Assembly: GCA_030704615.1 (NCBI GenBank)
Contig: CM060731.1
Coordinates: forward strand, 21,266,001 to 21,330,000
Length of the DNA: 64,000 bases
Source of the DNA: Takakia lepidozioides
Lineage: Eukaryota; Plantae; Bryophyta
Direction of reading: 5' to 3'
The notes below the pieces were generated by a model. That model did not search any database. It was not told the DNA's origin and was given only the letters and a program-made list of their open reading frames with translations. The position numbers and the translations under genes were made by a program. Position 1 is the first letter of the stretch, and each line of letters begins with the position of its first letter. Below, piece after piece: positions 37,801 to 51,716 of this stretch.

Positions 37801-40800
37801 AGATTGACTGTAAAGCTCCAACTGAGCTGTCTGAGAACCCTCTAGCTGCAAGCCAGGCCCAGCTGAGATTTGAATAAGTGCACCCTTGAGAGAGTAATTC
37901 AGGGGGTGAATGACTATTCCCACCCATTGTGGCTCTTCTACCAGAAGCCCCCTTGCCACCGCTGCCTCAAGCTCCACAAGTGCTCGCGGCTTTGACACCT
38001 GTTGCAGGAGCCGCCATTTTCGTGTCAGTTGCACTAAAACATGTATCTGAAGCCACAGGGTAGACAAGAAGCCTAGTTGTTGAAAGAAAGTTAGTCCTGA
38101 GCATGATGCGGCAGTGTGTAACCTTCCAGCACCAACCTTGCCTTTGGCATCATGGGCTGAGTGTCATCCTGTACAACCAACTACCCAAACCAACAATGTG
38201 AAAACACACCGGTAGATCCAGTCACCAAAATGATGCCATGCATTGACGAAGTGGTACACCAATAGATCACATACATTGAAGAGAGGGGCAAGAGAAGAGA
38301 GGGAAAGGACAAAACCTCCAGCACAGTTCGCAGGGGTTTCTCAGAGCTGAGATAGTCATCATTTTCAGGAGGGCCCCCTTTGAGACTAGCAGCACTGGTG
38401 CTGCAGTAGGTATGAGAGCGCAACCGCACTTGCCCAATGTGACCCGTCAGCACCCCCAGTATGTAAGATCCTAGACATTGTGGAGGTAGCATCATGATGA
38501 CACTGTTCTTTCCAGGCTTCAACACTGGAATCTCGAGACTCTTCACAACCTGTTATGCATGCATGACTTTGTCATATGCTATGGCGACCGTGCTCAGAGT
38601 TAAAGCACAACAGCACTTAGATTGAATTGAGCAGCTTTCAGTACAGCCTCCAGTATAGCTGTATCTGATATAGCAGGAGACCATGCATGGAGGGGTTAAC
38701 AACTGACCTTCCTGCACTCATGGCATCTCCATAACAAAAGACCTGATAAGACTCTCCACCTCCCCACCCTCTATCTGTCACCAATTTTTTTCCACCATTG
38801 CCATCAGCCTAAAGGGAAAATATATCCACACCTTGGCACTTTCTTCAGCACTGAATAGCTTGATCAAAGTTAAGCTCAAGGACTCCATAGAGATGTCATC
38901 CACAAATCCACTCCAAACCGTAACCATCAAAGTCCCTGGATCATTGTCACACAATTCAAGGGGTGGGCCACCTCTTGCAGCAAACGTAACTAGAGCCGAA
39001 ACGTCCAGGGATACTGGAACCTTTAGCCCACTGCGGGCACGGTTTACAACCTCAGATTGAAGAGAGCGACAGTACTCGACGGAGAGAAGGCCTGGATCCA
39101 GAGAGAGGAGTTTTATGCAAGATGAAAGGTAGCCAGCCCAGTCACCCAGTTGTTTCTGGCAGTCCCCGAGACGAGGGAGGACCTCAGCCAATAAAGCATG
39201 CCACCGTTCACTCGCATACATAGCACACACCTGTTGCAGAGTTCTCAGTGTTCAACACAAGAATTCAGTGTGCACAGCCAACCCAGCCTTCTCTGCTATC
39301 TCACACTACCATTGGAAGGTTCAAGCCTTTAAGCGAATGTGTATACCTATGGTGATTCTCTTAGTATTCCTGACCAAGTCCAGGTGTCTCGTAAGGTACT
39401 GCTCAGAATCCCAACCTTTAATACTTGTCATTCACAGAGAAGTAACTTGCAGACGCAGATTGGTGCCTATGTCATCAGTCTATTGATAGTTTCATTCAGA
39501 TCCAATCCATGATCGCTACATTTCTGTAAATGTAGTGTGTGAACAGCAATCTAGCCTGCTTTTCTAGCAAACACCAAACTTAACTGAAGAGAGTCATGTT
39601 TGGAGGGTGAACCCATGAAATGAAGGAATATATATTTGAGCGAAGATGTTATTTGTAACCAAAACTCACCTTCTCATAAAGCTTGGAAGCTACATCCAAG
39701 GCGCCACGCCGAAAATGGACAGCTGCAACCTCGCCATCAAGAACCACCCCATGCCTTTTGCGCCATGAGCGGTGGAAGTTGCCAGCTGCTGCTTGGGTGA
39801 GGTCCAAGTAAAACTCCTGTCATTCAATCACCTGGAACTCTCAGTCTACATGTGACCCAGGGTATAAAAACACAAAGCCATTCCCTTTTTATGTATATCC
39901 CAAGGACAGTAAACTTTTACAAACGCTGTATGAAAAGAATAAGACTACCTCAAAGCTATTGGCAGAAGAGAGAGCATTCCGTAGAGATTTGTCAGTGATG
40001 AAGCTCAAGAGAGCATGCTTAGTTGCTGCATGAGTCTCCAGCAGTTTCAAGGGCCGGTCTAGAACTTGAGGAGGGCTTGAGGAGGGACCTCGTATTCTCT
40101 CTGGCAAGCCTGGGCTGAAGGTTGACGGAACCATTGCCGCAGTCGCACCATCCGCAACTGGGCTGCCATTGGTCCCCATATTAGACCCACTACTAGCTTT
40201 TTCAGTACTTCAATCGTGGAGCAACATTTACAGGGAAGATCATCTTCAACTATATTCGGTGGTCGACTGGATTCTGGCTCAAGCACCATCATTAAATTTA
40301 ACCCTCATTACTTGCACCCAGATTGTGATACAAACAGGCAGTAGTGTTAGTGAGGATGGTATGTACAGGAAGCAGCTCACAAAGGCAATTTATAATTTCA
40401 CAAAACCATGTCAGGAAGTAAAATGACCCCTTTTCTCAGGAATTAGACCTCTAGGGTGGAGATTAAACTAGTTATAACCGAACCACACGTCAGCTCTGTC
40501 GTTGGTGGAAGTCTGAAACCATGACTTCTTGCATCGGTGACTGTTTACTTTCTTTGTGTCTGCCATTTCTTTCATCTCTCCCCAAAACAAAACTTTGTAA
40601 TGAATGAGTTCTCTCCTCTCCCCTTGTTTGCCAGTCCAACAATATTGCAATCCATTGACGTTTTACTCGAAAATATTAAAGTTTCTTCCCATCTAGTTTG
40701 AAGTTCAAACTTAATTTTCAAGCTATCTTACTCTTCGGTCCAGCAAGGCTTTGGGAGTGGGGATGTGTCCTTCACCTGTCTTTTCCAACAGATGTACTGT

Positions 40801-42731
40801 TCATTTCCCGCATCTCTGGCAGGTTTCCAGCGAAGAAAGGTCGTCGTTGTCGGTTGGCTTCCTGGAGAAGTACGATAGGTGAAAGCAAGAGCTTTTCCCT
40901 GACTGCTCCTTGGCTTTGTGGTTGATTCTGCACATGTTACCGCAGGATGAACACATGTAATGGTGAAGGATCTCCAATTACTACTAGATGCCAGACCAAA
41001 TCAGAAGAAGAAAATTAATTATGACCACAGGGAGCCTGAAGAACCAAATAAGATCTTCACAAGCTTCAAAACCCGAGGGAGAGAATGTACTCATAAGACG
41101 TTGTTTGCCGGGGCCATTGACCCCGCGCCCAGTTTGAGCGGAACACAAAGGGACATTACCTACCTTTGTCAGGGGCTGACGGTAGTAAGACTTACCTTGG
41201 AATAAACAATTGATCCGGATTTTCCGGATATCCTCTAGAAATCCCTTTACACAAGCATCTCACCCCACCCAACCAGCTACCTTACAGAATTCAACATGCA
41301 TTCAGGGACAAGTCTGATGACAGGGCAAAACAGGTTGCAATAGGTCAAAGAAGAAGGTGCCCTCACCACCACCCAACCAGCTGACTTTAGGGTTTAACAT
41401 GCATTCAGGGCTGAGTCTGATGAGAGGGCAAAACAGGCTGCAATAGGTTGAAGAAGAAGGTGCCCTCACCCCACCCAACCAGCTACCTTACAGAATTCAA
41501 CATGCATTCAGGGACAAGTCTGATGACAGGGCAAAACAGGTTGCAATAGGTCAAAGAAGAAGGTGCCCTCACCACCACCCAACCAGCTAACTTTAGGGTT
41601 TAACATGCATTCAGGGCTGAGTCTGATGAGAGGGCAAAACAGACAGCAATAGGTTGAAGAAGAAGGTGCCCTCACCACCACCCAACCAGCGTACTTACAG
41701 AATTAAACATGGTCAAAAACTAGGTTTGCAAGACTCGTAGGAAAGGTAATGTGACTTACCTTGGAAGAGATTGTACTCATAAGACGTTGTTTGCCGTAGC
41801 CTTGTGGCCATTGACCCCGCGCCCAGTTTGAGCGGGAACAAAAGGGACAGAACCTACCTCTGTCAGGGGCTGACGTTGGTAGTAAGACTTACCTCCATAT
41901 ATAGAATTAATCCGGGTTTTCCAGATATCCTCTAGAAATCCCTTCACACAAGCATCAATCTGCTGTGTGTGATTTGCCCAAAAACTAGGCCTCAGGAGGG
42001 CCTGGGCTTTTGGCTCAGCCTCGAGACTTTCAAAGTTGGTAAACAGGGGTACAGGCACAATACCCTTAATAGATTTGAAGAGAGCGTCTCTTTGGTGAGA
42101 GAACCCCGGACAGTGTATCAGAAAATGAATACTGTCTTCAGATTGCCCACACAACGGGCAATTGCACTCTCCCTTTCCTCTCTGCTTCTGTTTGCTGTTC
42201 AAAGGTAGGCTTCCTGCCCTGAGTTTGAATTTCAGTCTAGTGCCGAGAGTGGGTAGACCCTTGAGGTCATCCAAGATGTCCTCCCCCATGTCACAGACTG
42301 GAAACAAGTTCAGGGAAGTTTTCTGCCTAACTTCATTTTCATCAGACAATCTCATGGCAACAGACATGGCTGAGGACACTACAGCCTCTAAGTCAGATTT
42401 ATCCAGCAGGGTCAAGACTTGCGGATCCAGGTCCAGGTCCTTGAGGATCTCTTCTACTCTCTTCTGCCAGGACTTAGCCTGTTTGACAGGGCGGTCCTGT
42501 TTCCAAGATATAGAGTCGATTAACTTAGGATATCTGGTGTTGGGCATATGTTGCAGCTGACCCCACCATCTGACCTTGAATTCATCTCGTCGGGAGCTTA
42601 AGGACGAAATGCCAAACTCACCCCGAACAGCCACATTGGCTGTTTTGGAGCATGCTGACATACACTCCTTAAGCACCCCCACTTGAATGGATTCTAGAGA
42701 CTTAGCCTGGTTGGAGTTATCAACCCATATA

Positions 42732-42783
<52 letters not shown>

Positions 42784-45700
42784 AGAGGTCTTAGGGATCC
42801 CACCGCTGGTAAACAGAGGTACAGGCACAATTCCCTTCATAGATTTGACGAGGGCATCTCTCTGGTGAGAGAATCCCGGACAATGAATCAGAAAGCTGGA
42901 CATAGGTGGTCCTCCCGGTGCAGGTTTTCCTATCTGCCAGTCTCTCCGGCACTGACAATCTCTGTTTCCTCTCTGATCTGTTTCTTATTCCAAGGTCTCT
43001 GAGTTCAAATTCAGTCTAGTGCCGAGGGTAGGTAGGGAGAAAGGGATTGAGAGAGAGAGCTGGCAGGCTGAAACCCTCCGGGAGGTTCGTATTCTAGAGG
43101 CTCCTGACCTGGAAAGGACAGTTAGAAGTCTGTCGTAGGAATTGCATTGCTTTTGTTTCCAATGCTACCTTGGTGGTCTGGCTGGCTCTAAAGGAGTGAA
43201 GATCCACCATCCTCCAGTCTGTCCTCTAGTTCAGGATCCAATGTTTTTCAAGAGCCATCGAGAAGGGGCTCGAAGGTAGATTCCAGCATCAAATACAACA
43301 TTCAAGGGGAGAGTACCTGTTCTGCGGCAAGATCAAAAGCTGTGGGTGGCGAAGGCCAGACAGAGGGCTTGAGCCCTGACAACATGCTCAATGCTGCACT
43401 GCTCAAAATCAGCGGCAAAGATGGATTATTTTCTGAATTGACAAATGACTGGTGAATCACAGCAAGAAGGCACTTTTTCTAGTGGGACAAAAGCAGCTAG
43501 ATTTGCACGCAAGGCACCTTACAAGGATGCAAGTGGAAATACCTATTACAAGGGCTCCTCTCAATGCTATTGCCGTATCCCACCAAGTCTGCCACTCTCA
43601 TCAACTGCAGTATTTCCACCGCAAAACCCCTTAGAATGCAGATCATAACTCCCATTTCCAGTGATGGATCCTCCGACCTTGGTTTATACTCCTAAGGACA
43701 TCTGGAGGACATAAGAATGTACACCTTACTTCCTTTCTGATGCTTAGGATTTTACAACTGTCTTGACATGTCTCCCAGTCATCAGCACCTGAGAATTAAT
43801 AGCTTCCAGAGGTACCACAGGAATAAGAAATGTACACCTCTACTCCTTACTTCCTCTATCTCCCGACCTCCTGGAAAGTACTCTTCTTGTTAAACCTGTC
43901 TTGACATGTCTTCTAGTCACCACCACCGAAGACTGAACTTCTGGAAGGCTCGCTGCTTAAAGGTTCATCCCAATCAGCGTTCTCAGCTGCATGCCTGTAT
44001 ATTACTAGCCAGATAGAATCCCCATTCCATTATGTTGTCAGAGAGGAAATTGCATGAGTACCTTGGTTCGGGCATACGAGTACAAGTCAGCCTGGAGCCG
44101 ATAAAAATCCTTCTCAACATCAGGTGCCACCGTCCTTGATGTGAAGCACTGGGCTGTCGCTTTCACCAGTGCAAGGCACGCTGTGATCACCCACAGTTCT
44201 CGCAGACAGACCGGAAGGTCCTTCTGTCACACAGCATAGGCAGTGAGCTAAACACATGGACGATTCTCTAAGCACCAAGTGCATAAGCAATTGTAGACAT
44301 GTCAAAGGAACTTTTGAGGCTGGAAAAGAGCTGAGGGTACCTCATGATGAATGAGAGTTCTGGAAAAAGAAATTATAAAAGAGTGGCCTCTTGCCGCCAC
44401 TTCTGCTGGGCGGTTTACATTGAACAGTAGCTGCATCCATCAAAGCAGAAGATGAGTTGTTTTCCCGTGACAACAACATAAGTGCGTGGCCTAGCACAAA
44501 TCAGACTCTTGAAGACATGCACAGATTCATCCAGGTAGTATCCACCTCACACAAACACTAAAAAGACAGCTAAGAGCTCCTAGTGCTACAAACCTTGCTC
44601 AGAGATGGAATGCCTTGTACCCAGTGGGATGCACTATGATTGGGGCCAAGGACCCCTGTCCACATTGAAGGAGTGGAAAAGGGTTGAGGGGAGAGAGAGA
44701 TTGTACTCATCAGACGTTGTTTGCCATATCCATTGACCCCGCGCCCAGTTTGAGCGGAACACAAAGGGACGGAACCTACCTTTGTCAGAGGCTGACGCTG
44801 GTAGTAAGACTTACCTTGGAAATAAACAATTGATCCGGGTGTTTGGATATCCTCTAGAAATCCCTTTACACAAGCATCAACCTGCTGTGTGTGGTTTTCC
44901 CAATAACTAGGCCCCAAAAGGGCCTGGGCTTTTGGCTCAGCCTCGAGACCAAAGTTGGTAAACAGAGGTACGGGCACAATTCATGGATTTGAAGAGAGCG
45001 TCTCTCTGGTGAGAGAACCCCCAGACAATGAATCAGGAAGTGAATATTGTCATCAGGTTGCCCACACAATGGGCGATTGCACTCTCCCTTTCCTCTCTGC
45101 TTCTGTTTGCTGTTCAAAGGTAGGCTTCCCGCCCTGAGTTTAAATTTCAGTCCAGTGCCGAGAGTGGGTAGACCCTTGAGGTCATCCTGTCCTCCCGCAA
45201 AAAAGTTCAGGGAAGTTTTCTGCCTAACTTCATTTTCGTCAGACAATTTCCTGGTAACAGACATGGCTTTGGTCGTCTTCGAAGGCTTTGTCTGCCTCAG
45301 CACTAAGGGTCCCCTCTCTGGGCATGTAAACACAACACACAAAGAGGTCCTTCGTATTCACTCCGACCTTACATTTCAGTTTTAGCCAGATACTGTGCTC
45401 ATACCACAAACCCTTGTTGATAATTTCACAATTGTCACATAAGAAATCACGGACAAAGAAGCCAACCCCTTTTTGACCACGTTTTGGAGGCCGCCTTAAG
45501 AGCGCACATCTTACCGATCCACTTATAACCATTGACATCTCCAACCAGTTTGTCCAAAGTTTCCCATGTCTCTTGCCCAGCACAGATATGAATATCATTT
45601 GCCCGAAGAACTTGTCCCATTTCGAATTGTTTCCTTTGGTTAGTCAGCCTTGAGAAATTGAAAGTGCCCAGCCACAGGCCAGCCCTTTGCATATGAATTG

Positions 45701-48700
45701 TTTGTCGTCTAGGTAGCCTATGGTTGCTCCTGGACGGCCAACCGTTCTGCAAAGGGGGGACAATTACCCCGTGTGTAAATTTTGCTCGTCTTGTGTAGAC
45801 TTGAAGGATTGGTAAACCATTCAGAGTACCAAATCCTTCAGTCACACGACGCTCAGGCTCAGCACTCTTAGGGTCAGTTTGTCTGTCTGACTGCTTGGAA
45901 TCAACCTCATCCAGTGCATCAAACCAATTAGAAACATTCAAGTTGAAGTCCCTGCCCTTGGTTGTCTTCCTAGCGCCTCATTGAATCACCAAGGTCTAAG
46001 ACCGCTCTCCAGCCAGTCAAGGGGCGAACCTCTTTGAGATTGAATTGATGTGAGACTCTATTGGTACATTTTGGGCATTGCAACCTTCAAAGTACCTCTG
46101 TTCTCAAGTCTCGAGATGGAACCATTAGCCATATAATCCAAGCCTAAGCCGGAGCATGTAGTTTTAAAGGACACATCATCCATCCTGGGATTCACCGCAA
46201 AAGCTACACATGAAGCCCTAGATTTGGCATAAGTAACCAATTCCCAGGAATCACCCTGGGGAGTGTTGTTATTGATAAGAGGTAATGTATTGGTAGAATT
46301 CGCAGGCTATAAGTTTAAGCACAAGGACCAACCCTAGCCCAAGTGCCGAGTATGCTAGACAGAGCATACAACCGCCCAATTTGGGCGGAGGGGCTGCCCC
46401 CAAGAGGGAGGGGTCCGCTTGTTACCATTCAGAGATCACACTCCAGGGAGCTGCAGGGAGTGGCCTGCGTAGGCATATTCTAAGGAGGGGGGTCACAAGG
46501 CCGGCATTTGGTAACAGAAACATTTATGTACTCCCATATCAAGTCCACCCAACGGCAATAGGCTTCCTAGAGGACAGGGAGAAAGGCGGGAGAGAGAGAG
46601 AGACAGAGAATAGAATGCATGGTGGTAAGGAACAATACATGTGCCTGCCGAGAGAAAAGGTATTGGCGGAAGTCAAATTCTTGCACAGTATCATTATGTG
46701 CAAACTCACTGAAGGGCTTCTGTGAACCCTCCAGCAGGGCAGCACAGTCGTCACCCTTGTCGATCCCTCCAAAAAGATTTGCCTTCACATTGGATGCAGT
46801 CACTGCCATAGTCCCCCCACAATCTCTACATTTGAAACTACAGATTCTATTTGTATTCTATCATGAACCGAGAGAAATCATGACTTGGAACTACTGAAGA
46901 ACACATTACTTGCTTGTCGTAGCCTTGTACAATAGAACATACAAAACCCACAAAATAGAGGACCTCACCTGTGCATTCTTAGTGGTGGTGAAAGGTTTCT
47001 AGTCCACAGGTTTTCAATTTTAGTTGAATGCCTTGGAGGCAGAAAACCCTTGATTTTTGTAGAGTGTTTACTTATTTAGGATGAAAATTCCATGGTTTAT
47101 CCTGAGGGAAGTGGGACCTATAGTCTTGACAAATCCAACATGATTACCTATCTCCAAGTATATCTGCTCCAGTTCGTCATATTCCCGAAGTGCATCCTCA
47201 TGCAAGTGTGCCATCTCGAACATGAATGCCAAACTCTCCTGCAACCACAAACCCCACCCATCGGAAAGGATCCTCAAGGTGGACTGGAATAGCCCGCATT
47301 AGACTAAATTGAGGGCCAGGAGACCTGCACTGCCAGTAAAGAAGTACATAAGACTGGACAGTAGGTTGTCCAGGAACACACTGACTCACAATCTATGGAA
47401 CATGATTCTGCACCCAACAAAACTTAGGAGGTATCACCTTGACAATGAAGAAGTAGGAAAAATTCCATGCAGGCATAAGCCAATGTTCCTCAAGCTTTCG
47501 GATTTCCTCCTCATAGTATAGGATGCGGCGGTCAAGTGTGTTGCGAATACACTCCACAATCTTAATCTCCAGCTCATCCCACGCAGCTGGGTCCCCAGAG
47601 TGTAGCTCTAGCTTGCAGCACCTGCTCCAGTGCGCCAACTGTCAAAGTTAGTTTTCCTTTGGGAAACACAATGACACCCACTTGTGAAGTTTCCTTGCAA
47701 GGGCTAGCCACAATGACTCACCGGTTCCAGACTTAGTACTGCTGACAAGCTAAAGCTCCCTGGCTTTGTCTGGCCAATGGCAAAGGATCAGCCTCTCAAT
47801 TTATGACTGACCTCACCTAACTCATCTATCTATCACAAGTTTAGATCCTGGTTATGTGCAAGAACAAAACTTAGGCACTAGTACCTTTCCCGCTTTTTGG
47901 AGCTGAAGTCGACTTCAAGCTTAGAATACACCCTCTTGGTGAGCTTGTTGGAACTGTCAGTGACAGACTTGGAGACAAATGCAATGAACCAGTCGCACTC
48001 CTCATTCTGCACTAACGTTTTCAGGCGGGGCTTCAACAGGTTCTTGTACTCATCTAGGTCCTGCAGAAGAATGGGTGTGACAACATTCTCAGTCTCACAG
48101 ATGCCCGTCTACCATTTCTCTCTCTCATCAGCTGAATAGCAGTATAAGGAAATTTTACCCCTTGAAAGATCAGCAGAGATGTAATTTCAAAAAATCCAGT
48201 CATGTTCTATGCAAACTCTTTGATGTTACAGGACCGCACATTGAGGAGGAGAAGGAGGGGAGAGGAGTTTGAAGAGATGAGAGTTTACGTCGCACGTCAC
48301 AAGCACTATGCAGGCGTAAGGGTGGCAGAACCACAATGGCAAGGGCAACTGCTCCACTGGGACGCGACCCCGCAGACTTGAGTCAGTGGTAAGGATATAC
48401 TGTATGGGAAGGTGTTCCACTACCACCAGATTCCGTGCCTTGTTGTTCAGGCTTGCCTTTCTGAGAGGTGTGTGTGCCTCAAAATCCTCCTTCACAGTGG
48501 GCCACAGATCATTCACATCCTCAACTGCAAGTAAGTACAATGAACAAAAATTAGAGTCCAGCCAATGATGACTTCAGTGTGCAACTTCAGTTGAGATGAG
48601 GTCTCCACTCCAAATTCTCACCAACTTCAGGACAGATCAATGAAAGTCCTAGAACTAGCCAAATGGATTTCACGTAGTATACATGGGAGGCTGAAGGTTA

Positions 48701-49209
48701 TGGTAGCCCTCTACCTAAAATACGACAAGTGTTATGTATAAACTTTTCAGTGGTCCACAAAGCGGAATCCTTAACACCACAGGACTGTCATTCGTTGCCT
48801 CCTGCTAAGATTTTATTGCAAAGGTGACTATTAAGAACTGGCTAGTGGCACAACGATGTATCTCAGAGAATAGACGAGTCATAAATTGCACAATCTCAGG
48901 CCAATCAAATAGTCTGACCACATTTGTCTTCTTATTTCAGTTCAAATATTCTATGCTTCACAGTTTTTCAGTTGACAAATTGCACCCCTCGCAGAAATTT
49001 TCAGCTGAGATTTATTACCTGGCCACCTCTATCACCAACCAAGATAGGACAGGAGGTCGAGGTGAAAAAGGGAGAGGGATATAGAGAAATAGTGAAAGTG
49101 ACAGATAGCACTGAGACGAACAAGAACTGAGCGAGGAGGACTTACTGGCAACAACGAGACGCCCCGACGCCTTTTTGACCATCTCAAACTGCGAGAAAGA
49201 GCTAGCCAT
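34874..49209 (-). CDS. TRS130: TRAPP II-specific subunit 130 (TRAPPC10/TRS130/CLUB homolog), ~20 exons
   Basis: Exons include 49209-49146, 48524-48289 (EDVNDLWPTVK), 48060-47885, 47621-47438 (ECIRNTLDRR), 47238-47148 (ESLAFMFEMAHLHEDALREYDELE), 46802-46639, 44430-44341, 44223-44062, ~43604-43543, ~43398-43317, ~40927-40776, ~40190-39948, ~39816-39670 (SWRKRHGVVLDGE), 39230-38832, 38549-38316, ~37998-37268, ~37075-36991, 36485-~36290, ~35735-35441 and ~35158-34874 (NWMIAGRKKG, NPAGPHFVCVLP). Colinear with plant TRS130 as recalled. Confidence 0.93.
36714..36858 (-). mobile_element. 145-bp solo LTR containing a tRNA-like sequence (Helenus-type TRIM)
   Basis: TGT...ACA termini, perfect 5-bp TSD TCAAC (36709-36713, 36859-36863), internal tRNA-like 72-mer. 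Confidence 0.8.
36735..36806 (-). ncRNA. tRNA-like Pol III module (pseudo-tRNA) inside the solo LTR
   Basis: GGATGGG-TAGCTCAGTGGTAGAGC (A box/D arm)-ACCCTACCGGAATGGGGGAGGTC-CTAGGTTCAATCCCTAG (B box/T arm)-CCCGACCA. The acceptor stem is imperfect and the anticodon loop is non-canonical. Confidence 0.75.
41083..41258 (-). mobile_element. Short 3' fragment of the RTEX-like LINE
   Basis: gagagaatgtactcataagacgttgtttgcc...gacttaccttgg...ccctttacacaagcatc. Confidence 0.9.
41259..41711. repeat. 103-bp minisatellite, ~4.4 units, A-B-A-B-A' higher-order structure
   Basis: Units start at 41259, 41362, 41465, 41568 and 41671. Alternate units are near-identical. Confidence 0.95.
41770..43033 (-). mobile_element. 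Young 5'-truncated RTEX-like LINE copy (41770-42730; open 301-aa ORF), (GA)n tract, then rearranged LINE fragments
   Basis: VRGEFG...RLKFKLRAGSLPL...CPLCGQSEDSIHFLIHC. The stop lies ~7 nt from the 3' end. (GA)n at 42731-42787. Confidence 0.92.
44700..46560 (-). mobile_element. Internally deleted RTEX-like LINE (5' region + APE endonuclease joined to the C-terminus)
   Basis: LGTFNF...IHICAGQETW...GYKWIG, GVGFFV, SIWLKL and CVYMP (APE) jump at ~45270 to KAMSV..LSDENEVRQK. GA tracts at 44690 and 46575. The 5' limit is approximate. Confidence 0.85.
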
Positions 49210-49507
49210 GGCTGCTCAGCAAGCTGCTGGGGTGCCTCCATGGCTATACCCGCCCCTCGCTTCTATCGCCCCTCATAGTTCGCATCCTCGCCTCGAAAAT
49301 TCTCTGAGTTACCCCCACATCGCTTGCAAGCCTAGCACTCCCTAGAAAAACCCACATAATACTTCATCATCACCACCTGGAATGAAAGAGAAGCACCATG
49401 CACAATTCGAGTGAAAGGGGAAATTGCCCGCCAGAAAGCCAAGGATGATAAGGAAGTGGTCCCAGGGCTTATGAATTGGATGCCTGGAGCCTAAACATAC
49501 ATATTGA

Positions 49508-49800
49508 GAAATGAAATGAAATGAAATGGTGCTTTATAACGTCCGCGGAAAGCTCATAGAGCTTATGGGACAAAATGGAAGAAAACATGAGAGAGGAACA
49601 AATCCAGAAACCACAATTAATGTTCTAGCGATTGTCTAAGGGTGAAGGCCTCGTGCAGGTAGGCTGCCAAGCATATAGTGGAAGACATCAGTGAGAGTTT
49701 GGGTTCCACTGAATAAACAGTGGAATCTCCCACGGATCTCGTAGTACAGAGGGCAGTAGAAGAAGAAGTGTTCTTCAGTTTCAATTTCCTTGCTGCGCCA
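49508..49800 (-). mobile_element. 3' fragment of a second RTEX-like LINE family with an (ATTTC)n tail
   Basis: ETEEHFFFYCPLYYEIRGRFHCLF; (GAAAT)4 at 49508-49527. A ~40-bp piece of its 3' UTR recurs at 52201-52245. Confidence 0.75.
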
Positions 49801-51716
49801 TATGCAAGCTGAAAGAGACGATGATTTGGGCGTTTTGCAGCTGAAAGGGGAAGCACTAAGAATTCCGAAGGAAAAACAGAGAGGAACAAGCCCATAGCCC
49901 CGCCACAGGTACGCAACACAGAGACGAAGTAAATGGGTGGAAGGTACGTAGCATGCAGCACGGCTTTGTTTTGTGAAGAGCAGAACAGAGAAACACACAC
50001 GTACCTAGGCGCGAGAGAGAAGGCGACAAAGCTGGAGCTCCACATCAGCAACATCTAACCCGTGGTTCACACTTCACACATTGGTCAAGAAGTGTATGGA
50101 CCATGTTTGTCTTAATTATCCCGTTGCCATCGATGGATCCTTTGTGGGTGTGAAGGAGACGTAGACTGATCTCAGTGTTGATCAGGAAGCTGGTTATGTG
50201 ATGTTGTGGTTAAAGTCTGAGAGTGCGCAGCACTTTGAGAAAGAAGACCTGCTCAAGAGCTCGATGCAATCTATGACTCGTGATTGTCCAGAATAGAGAT
50301 ACATGCTCTCAACTTCATCTGGAGATCAAACAAGTGCTAAGTACTCGTTAAGTACTGCAATCTTGAGGATTAACATATGATCATGGACTGGCAACGTCTG
50401 CATGCATATGACCCACCTGGATCTCCTGAATTGTGAACGAGCTCTAGAATGAAAGTATGGGTTGCTTAATATGACTAAATGGACTATGTCTTACTGCGAG
50501 ATCTCTCTACATGCAGCTATATATGTGTACAAGAGAGCTGAACCAAACAAGCCAACATTTGAAGACCTCGAAGCTGGGGCTATTGCAACCTCAATGGCTG
50601 ATCAAGATTACACTGCCTGCAGGCTAATTCTTATGTGCTCTGGACAAATGGCAACCTTAAGGAGACTTCATTGTGCCAAGCTGTCCAGATCAGATTCGGA
50701 GCCCTCCACCAGCCATGGTTGGAACTATTCAACACCCATTTCTAAGAACTATCAAAGATACAAATGTTACATGAATTTCCTGGTACTTTAGAAATGGAGA
50801 ATCTTCAAGAACATTTCCTTAAAACAAAACGCAAATACTACAATAGTAGAATCACAGGACTTCAAAGGATCAGAGTCTATGCACTTATTATATGCAGCAC
50901 GCGAGGAAATCAGGTAGACCTACATCTACATGCCATCAGTAGTGAAACAACAAACCCCACCGTGGGTATTCTCAGATCATCCATAGCCCCTCGGGTCTGA
51001 CGGGTCTCTTGGAACTCTTTACGAGTCCTCCTACAGCTCGGAAATCCACATACATGTGCAGGTTTTGCTTGACACTAAAATGTACACACCTTCGAATATG
51101 AAGGGTTCTGCTCCCGAGATCCTCTAGATAACAAGATTCTAGCTGAACTTGGCATGCAAGAATGTAGGGACTGCAGCGTCAGCAATTTTAAATTCACAAG
51201 ATTGAACTGTTCAAAGGGGCTTGTTGGAGAAGGCAGAGAGCGGTTAAATCGAGAATTAGAAGTATTAGGCTGTAGACCTGCCCTCTCTAATTATAGCTGC
51301 ATGTTTCTGAAAGCTTGTCGATCGCACTTGAGTCATCGGCCCCTTACTCGCCCAAGCAATTGGTCCACAATGTCGCGTGCAGCGGTTCCAGTCTCGATGG
51401 AGCCGGCTTCCACCTGTCACAGAGTGGCAAGACGTGAGAACTCATTACTCGTGGATCTAAAGAACTTCTTGAAAAAGAATTGGTGTGATTGTGGGTCGTG
51501 CTAAGATCCTCCTGAATTCTTGATGTCCAGAGTGTACGAGGTACATCAGCCCTAGACCTGTAAGCCATTTCAGTCAACTGTTTCTTCTACAGCCCAACAT
51601 TACTTCGTCATCGACATTCGGCAAATTTAAAACATACTTACATGTTTGTTCACGAACATTTGGCGAAAGATCGAGCTGAAAGGTTTCTAGAGCTGCCAAG
51701 GTTATATGGCGAGGAA

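Noticed and set aside
41259-41711. Minisatellite units contain CTGATGA...AAAC...GTC, suggesting tandem hammerhead ribozymes, C/D snoRNAs or a CRISPR-like array
   Set aside because: The GAAA core reads AAAA, stems I and III do not pair, the motif is antisense to the host intron, and units are full repeats with no unique spacers.
46639-46646. Non-canonical GC donor in TRS130 (CAG|GCACAT)
   Set aside because: A GT donor 6 nt further on (CAT|GTATTG) keeps phase and matches the homolog length (RQAH|LLF).
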